From the IMG/VR virus record IMGVR_UViG_3300030376_006036, positions 1 through 41,074 of that record: DNA of 41,074 nucleotides. The stretch is one strand, 5' to 3'. The stretch is from a virus. Its lineage: Duplodnaviria; Caudoviricetes. A model generated the notes under the pieces. That model was given only the letters and a program-made list of their open reading frames with translations. It made no database searches and was not told the origin of the DNA. Shown here in pieces: positions 37,201 to 41,074 of the stretch. Positions within the stretch are counted from its first letter, which is position 1. Every line of letters begins with the position of its first letter. The position numbers and the translations under genes are program-made.

Positions 37201-40200
37201 TAAATTTAGAAGCATTTCCTACATTAAATTTTGCAACACCACCATCCAATCCTAAGAAACCACCTGCAGTATTATCTCCAAAACTTGTCTTTTTAACATA
37301 TAGTCCTTCTGCATTTCCTGTAGATATTAATGCGACATCATTTTTAGAAAACGAAGTTGTTGAAATTGTCCACCCAGCAATTTGATTTGATGCACCTAAT
37401 GAAACTAACAATTGAGGGGTAGAGTTGTATATTTCTAAATTTGTACCGTCAAATTGTAGCCTTTGTGCACCAGCTTTACCAACTCTAAAGTTATTTGTTG
37501 CTGCAGATGATAAGAAAAATCCATCACCTGTTGTAAAGTTTGTTGCACTTCTTATTTGTGGAGTGCCACTATTATTTTCTATAGCAATAGCACCATCACC
37601 TAATGTTATAGATTTAGCATTAGAATCAATTACTACATCTGTAGATTTTTTTATACTATTGGTGGATATTTCCCAACCAGCTGCTGTTAGAGTATTATTG
37701 ATAAATGAAAAATTTGCACCGACAAAGAATGTTGGAGTAGCAGAAGCACTTACATAGAATAAATTACTTTGTGCTGTCGCGTGTGTTTGATGAGCATTAG
37801 CTCCAAGAGCAATTGTGGCTTGGTTTCCATCTATTCTAGCAACTGTTCCACTCTTTAACTGACCAGGCACTAACTCCCAACCCGCAAGTTTCGCTTTATT
37901 TGCAGTTATCAGTATAGAAGCACTATCTTGACTACCCGAAACAGTTCCACTTCCACTAAATACAGCAAATCCATATGGAGTTTGGTCAGTTCCATCGTGT
38001 AATGGTAATTTACCTAATACTAATTTAGGTTGAGCTTCATTTACACTACCAGTCCAAATCGTTAACGATTGTGATATAGAACTTAATCTAACACTACCAA
38101 AAGTATTATCACTTTGAATATTACCAGGTACTAAATCCCATCCAGCAAGTTTTGCCTTATCTCTTGTTATCAAAACATTATATGTTAAATCATTTGTTAT
38201 GTCAGCATCAACTGTACCTGTAAACACACCGAAACCATATCTGTCATCAGAAGAACTACCATTCACTCTTGGTAACTTTCCAACAACAACCTTTGGTCTT
38301 GCATTGTCAATGGAGCCTGTAAAAATCATTAAGGATTGACTGTTTGAAGATAATGCTACACTACCATCTTGATTATCTGATTTGATTGCACCTGGCATAA
38401 TATCCCAACCAGCAATCATATTAGCACCTTCACCTAGTTCAACTAAACGATTCTCATCGTTAGTCGCAGCACCATCAAATATCTTCAATCCATAAACAGT
38501 ACCACCATCAACCTCACCTAAGTAAATTCTATCAGCAGTACCATCAGTAATCGTAATTCTTTTTGCAGATGCATCTAACGTAATGATTCCCTCTGAACTA
38601 CTGATTGCAGTATTACCTATACCCCAAGTACCTATGTTACCAGTTTTTGCATTTATTGCACCCTCGAGATAAGCAGAACCTGATGCCCATAATCCAAACT
38701 GATTCGATAAAGTTCCAAATCTTGGAGATGTGATACCTGCAAGATTACCCATACGAACAACTGCAGAACCACTTGCGGCATTTACATCAACAAAAGGACT
38801 GTTAGGTGATGATGCATCAATTGCAACCGTACCACCACTAATTCTTGCAGCAGTACCACCAACGTTTAAATTACTTAGATTACCAGCAACATTATCGACA
38901 TTATATTGTGTAAAACCACTCTGAACTGAACCACCTGTTATTGGACTTCCGTTGATTTGAAATCTTACCGCATTTATTGTTCCATTATCTTGTGCGTCTT
39001 TGAATAGTAGAATTTGGTCATCACTAAATGTAGCAGACTTATCATCCTCAAATGTTACTGTACCCGTACCTGTTGTACCGGTTGAGCCTGATATAACACC
39101 GCTATCTGAAATAAATAAAATACCATTAGTCGCTTTAACAACATCCTTTTGAAAGATATGTGTTCTTAATGTATTTCTAACAACAATATTATCAATTTCT
39201 AACAAAGTTCCATCACTACCATTATCATCTATTCTAAATCCATCACCGGTTATACCTGATATAAAAGTTGAAGTACCTAAAGTCTTTGTATCTGAAAGAG
39301 CAAAGTCTTGATGGGAAGTTGTTATGGTATTACCTAAAGTTAGTTTATTTGTACCAGCTCTTTGTAATACTAAGTCTTCATCGTATGATGATACTAGTCC
39401 GGAATCTACAATTACTTTTTTATTAAAATAGAATTGTGCCCTATCAGTTTCAATATGTGCATAACTGGTATTTTGTGGTCCTATTTGTATATAGCCGGAA
39501 TTTGTTTGAATCTTGACGGAATTTCCCCCACCTTCAAGTATTCTTGTATTAGAATCAACTAGCCTTACTTCTCCAAATGTTACTGTATCTGTGGTTTCAA
39601 CATCTTGATTCATTGCGAATAATTCATTTGCACCTTGTCCAGTATCTACTGTTGCAAATGTTACAGCATCACTAGTCCTAACGTTTTGGTTCATCAGATG
39701 AACTTCAGTTGCACCTTGACCAGTATCTACAGTTGTCGAAGTTAAAGCTGCTGTTTCAAGAGGTGCTGCCGTAATTGTTAAGTTTCCTGTACTAGCACCA
39801 GTTGCAGTTGTTGTACCAACTAAAAATCTATCTGCTGATTCATCCCATACGAATATAGCATTATCACCAGTTGAACCTCTTTCAATTACTATTCCTGAAT
39901 CATTTGCGTTTGAACTGGCACCGTTATTTAATTCTATTAAATTATCAGAAACTACCATATTTGTAGTAGCAACAGTTGTAGTAGTTCCATTTACTGTTAG
40001 ATCACCTGTTACTGTTAGATCACCTTGAACTGCTGCATCGTCGTGAACTGTTAAATATGGATTAGTTCCGATAGTAATACTATCTGTACCACCAACACCA
40101 ATGACTACTGCTGTAGCAGAATCAGTTGCTCTAATTTTAGGATTTCCTCCAGTATGAGAATATATCTCTAAATTTTTGTTATCACTTCTATTTTCAACTC

Positions 40201-41074
40201 TTATTCTAGCATGTTGGTGGGAATCAAGCATGATATTTGCATCCCAATTTGAATCATTATTTGGTGTACTATCCCCAACATACAAGAAAGGTGCACCTGC
40301 AGTTGTACTAAAAACACTTAATAAAGCTACACCGGGATTTGTGGTCCCGATGCCGACAGTGCCACCAGTAAAATAAGATGTTCCATTACTATGTATTTGT
40401 ACTTTTCCAACATCTGCCTTTAATAATTGTATATAACCATCATCAGCACTACCATTTGCTATTCTAGCAACAGCATTTACATCTCTAACTTCAATACCAT
40501 CATAATCCGTTGTTGTTTCTACTACGAATTTTTTACCTGGATTTGTGGTCCCGATACCGACATTACCCATAGCAACTAAAGCTGGTCCTGTACTATCTTG
40601 TTTGATTTTTAAAGCTGTTGTACCAGTTGCACTTGCATGGTCGTTTACTATTTCAACCAGATTCCTTGTACCTGTGTCTGAACTATTTGAACCTAAATAC
40701 AAAATTCTTCCAGTTGTTAAACTATTTGCTCCATCTACACTTAAAACAGAACCAGCAGTATTAGTTGGTTGAGGTATGTAAATACTTGAGTTTGTAGTTG
40801 CTTCTGAATCTATATAAAGTGCTGCATTATTACCATCTTGGTCTATTTCTAAACCATACTGGCCTTGATCTTGTTCAATTTTTATTCCAGATATTGCTCC
40901 AGTTGCATTTTTTACAGATAATTTAGCTGCAGTAGGATTGGTGTCTCCGATGCCGACATTATCTGTATTGTAGTAAATTTTATTACCATTAGTACTCCAA
41001 ACACTTGAACCACCACCACCACCAGAGGTTACCGCACTTCCATTTAATGTTATTGAACCACTAACATCAATTGA
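34214..41074 (-). CDS. Giant tail fibre protein, partial (at least 2286 aa, starts beyond the right edge), with Hint domain and Peptidase_S74 chaperone
   Basis: The frame stays open from the track's TTG (40702) to the window end (manual translation SIDVSGSITLNGSAVTSGGGGGSSVWSTNGNKIYYNTDNVGIGDT). It has GNVGIGT, IGGF and AGW repeats and the C-terminus SSDKRLKENI..IRGVEFDW..GVIAQDIEKVMPEVV. Confidence 0.88.
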   Translation of the reverse strand, partial: SIDVSGSITLNGSAVTSGGGGGSSVWSTNGNKIYYNTDNVGIGDTNPTAAKLSVKNATGAISGIKIEQDQGQYGLEIDQDGNNAALYIDSEATTNSSIYIPQPTNTAGSVLSVDGANSLTTGRILYLGSNSSDTGTRNLVEIVNDHASATGTTALKIKQDSTGPALVAMGNVGIGTTNPGKKFVVETTTDYDGIEVRDVNAVARIANGSADDGYIQLLKADVGKVQIHSNGTSYFTGGTVGIGTTNPGVALLSVFSTTAGAPFLYVGDSTPNNDSNWDANIMLDSHQHARIRVENRSDNKNLEIYSHTGGNPKIRATDSATAVVIGVGGTDSITIGTNPYLTVHDDAAVQGDLTVTGDLTVNGTTTTVATTNMVVSDNLIELNNGASSNANDSGIVIERGSTGDNAIFVWDESADRFLVGTTTATGASTGNLTITAAPLETAALTSTTVDTGQGATEVHLMNQNVRTSDAVTFATVDTGQGANELFAMNQDVETTDTVTFGEVRLVDSNTRILEGGGNSVKIQTNSGYIQIGPQNTSYAHIETDRAQFYFNKKVIVDSGLVSSYDEDLVLQRAGTNKLTLGNTITTSHQDFALSDTKTLGTSTFISGITGDGFRIDDNGSDGTLLEIDNIVVRNTLRTHIFQKDVVKATNGILFISDSGVISGSTGTTGTGTVTFEDDKSATFSDDQILLFKDAQDNGTINAVRFQINGSPITGGSVQSGFTQYNVDNVAGNLSNLNVGGTAARISGGTVAIDASSPNSPFVDVNAASGSAVVRMGNLAGITSPRFGTLSNQFGLWASGSAYLEGAINAKTGNIGTWGIGNTAISSSEGIITLDASAKRITITDGTADRIYLGEVDGGTVYGLKIFDGAATNDENRLVELGEGANMIAGWDIMPGAIKSDNQDGSVALSSNSQSLMIFTGSIDNARPKVVVGKLPRVNGSSSDDRYGFGVFTGTVDADITNDLTYNVLITRDKAKLAGWDLVPGNIQSDNTFGSVRLSSISQSLTIWTGSVNEAQPKLVLGKLPLHDGTDQTPYGFAVFSGSGTVSGSQDSASILITANKAKLAGWELVPGQLKSGTVARIDGNQATIALGANAHQTHATAQSNLFYVSASATPTFFVGANFSFINNTLTAAGWEISTNSIKKSTDVVIDSNAKSITLGDGAIAIENNSGTPQIRSATNFTTGDGFFLSSAATNNFRVGKAGAQRLQFDGTNLEIYNSTPQLLVSLGASNQIAGWTISTTSFSKNDVALISTGNAEGLYVKKTSFGDNTAGGFLGLDGGVAKFNVGNASKFIKFDGNHFTVNAGNFSLDASGNMTATSATLTGTVTATAGAIGGFGISATTVSSSNSNLILRSNGQITGSTVLLKGGKIGGTTLATGSMFSGTGTHGDGNTPFFMDSGGRFSLGDKLVWDGNSLSVSGQITITSGTGFATPSDVSTLSGSVASDVAGLTEASGNMSTQVSLTSDGMSLNTGAGTSLASYGTTTRIGLAADARTEISSTAISMYSGKISGTAYKRVAIDNTGKIALGGTTGADVSVSTTDDVIRIDPSTGIFVFDNNTDFVKIASDGFYIHSGHASNRSAKFTDEISLYGGSDFSVRTLHITSDGINIGKGATGPSSANTPSAVIGNISLHGAGARIYGAAVDDYVDVKSDGVDVVAAGVTQAAFGATTTIGNTSNNEYVNIDSNGVKVYGGASDDYVQMDADSFSVVQGGVVVSDFGSSIIIGNSATDKSALRISSGAITLGTSNTQNVTIAANGDVSMTGTVTAGAGAIGGFGLTATSITGSGIEMIAGTNSRFVLHQTGGTTPGMVIARNSVPAAANEAAFDMLGGSSFASITASNAFVEITTDFNLGTGADSSNSTLSSIAGVTLSSAFDRPVESDCFIAGTQILMANGSTKNIEDIVVGDLVKTYDVVSNQIISEEVAYAYDTIHTGEDDDYTIIIEFENGIINHNTFTNPYWVVGKGYASYDPIETYKKYKLEVEQLSVGDIGLTSEGIETKIKSVTKVTDEIHTYNFHVVKNENYFANNILVHNKRNFGKTSTAKFSAVTQGSTSALDEGDQIYGIIGEGLGDNSTNAMTIAGAFLSSSRGHSSQADYGMITPSRISVGGSQYNNESTPAIIFNGGISSQGSVIHGNGRDDTGIFSDAAYKIQIAVSGTKRFQVDTAGVDVFGALTATGDVTAFHSSDKRLKENIELIKNPIEKVKQIRGVEFDWKEGNEDIHEYEGHDVGVIAQDIEKVMPEVVKDREDGYKGVRYEKMVGLLIEGMKEQQKQIEDLKSEVKELKNGSS
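34985..35437 (-). other. Hint (mini-intein / bacterial intein-like) domain, 151 aa, inside the fibre gene
   Basis: CFIAGTQILMANGSTKNIEDIVVGDLV (block A) through TYNFHVVKNENYFANNILVHN (blocks F/G). The +1 residue is Lys and there is no endonuclease domain. Confidence 0.9.
40339..40961 (-). repeat. GC-rich GNVGIGT-coding repeat, right cluster
   Basis: 40543-40567 matches the 25-bp unit at 3325 and 4732 with one mismatch; 40339-40358 matches 20 bp exactly; 40944-40961 equals 8889-8906. Confidence 0.85.

Noticed and set aside
40700-40702. TTG start for the 2162-aa ORF
   Set aside because: The frame is open to the window end, so the true start lies outside the window.
1-41074. Stop-codon reassignment as seen in some large phages
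   Set aside because: Genes are full length and tightly packed in code 11, and TAA, TAG (e.g. 15188) and TGA (e.g. 14695) all act as stops at gene junctions.
1-41074. tRNA or rRNA genes
   Set aside because: Intergenic gaps are at most about 120 nt and none shows a cloverleaf or T-loop pattern by eye; tRNAscan-SE would confirm.

Overview
This AT-rich 41 kb window is the virion morphogenesis region of a large T4-like (probably jumbo) tailed phage. All credible genes lie on the minus strand and read in standard code 11. In transcription order (right to left) it holds: a >2,280-aa fibre protein with an embedded Hint (intein-like) domain and a C-terminal Peptidase_S74 chaperone; a second S74-tipped fibre or adhesin; a 1,240-aa multidomain protein (P-loop kinase, HxGH nucleotidyltransferase, ligase-like KxDG domain); two small membrane proteins; terminase large subunit; portal; several probable internal head proteins; prohead protease; a phage-encoded ribosomal protein bS21; scaffold; major capsid protein; neck proteins gp13 and gp14; a gp15-like protein with a fibre-like extension; and further Ser/Gly-rich virion proteins, including a 2,601-aa fibre and another fibre that runs off the left edge. 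Five observations stand out. (1) The giant fibre genes are built from in-frame modules delimited by two DNA repeat families that are conserved even at synonymous sites, suggesting repeat-mediated cassette shuffling. (2) A compact GC-rich, pseudoknot-capable RNA element abuts the ribosome-binding site of the 2,601-aa fibre gene. (3) bS21 sits inside a head operon whose genes carry strong AGGAG Shine-Dalgarno sites. (4) The kinase/NTase/ligase protein looks like a polyprotein cut by the prohead protease. (5) A T4 late-promoter-like motif occurs in inverted orientation in seven intergenic gaps. All family assignments come from motif recognition, not database searches.
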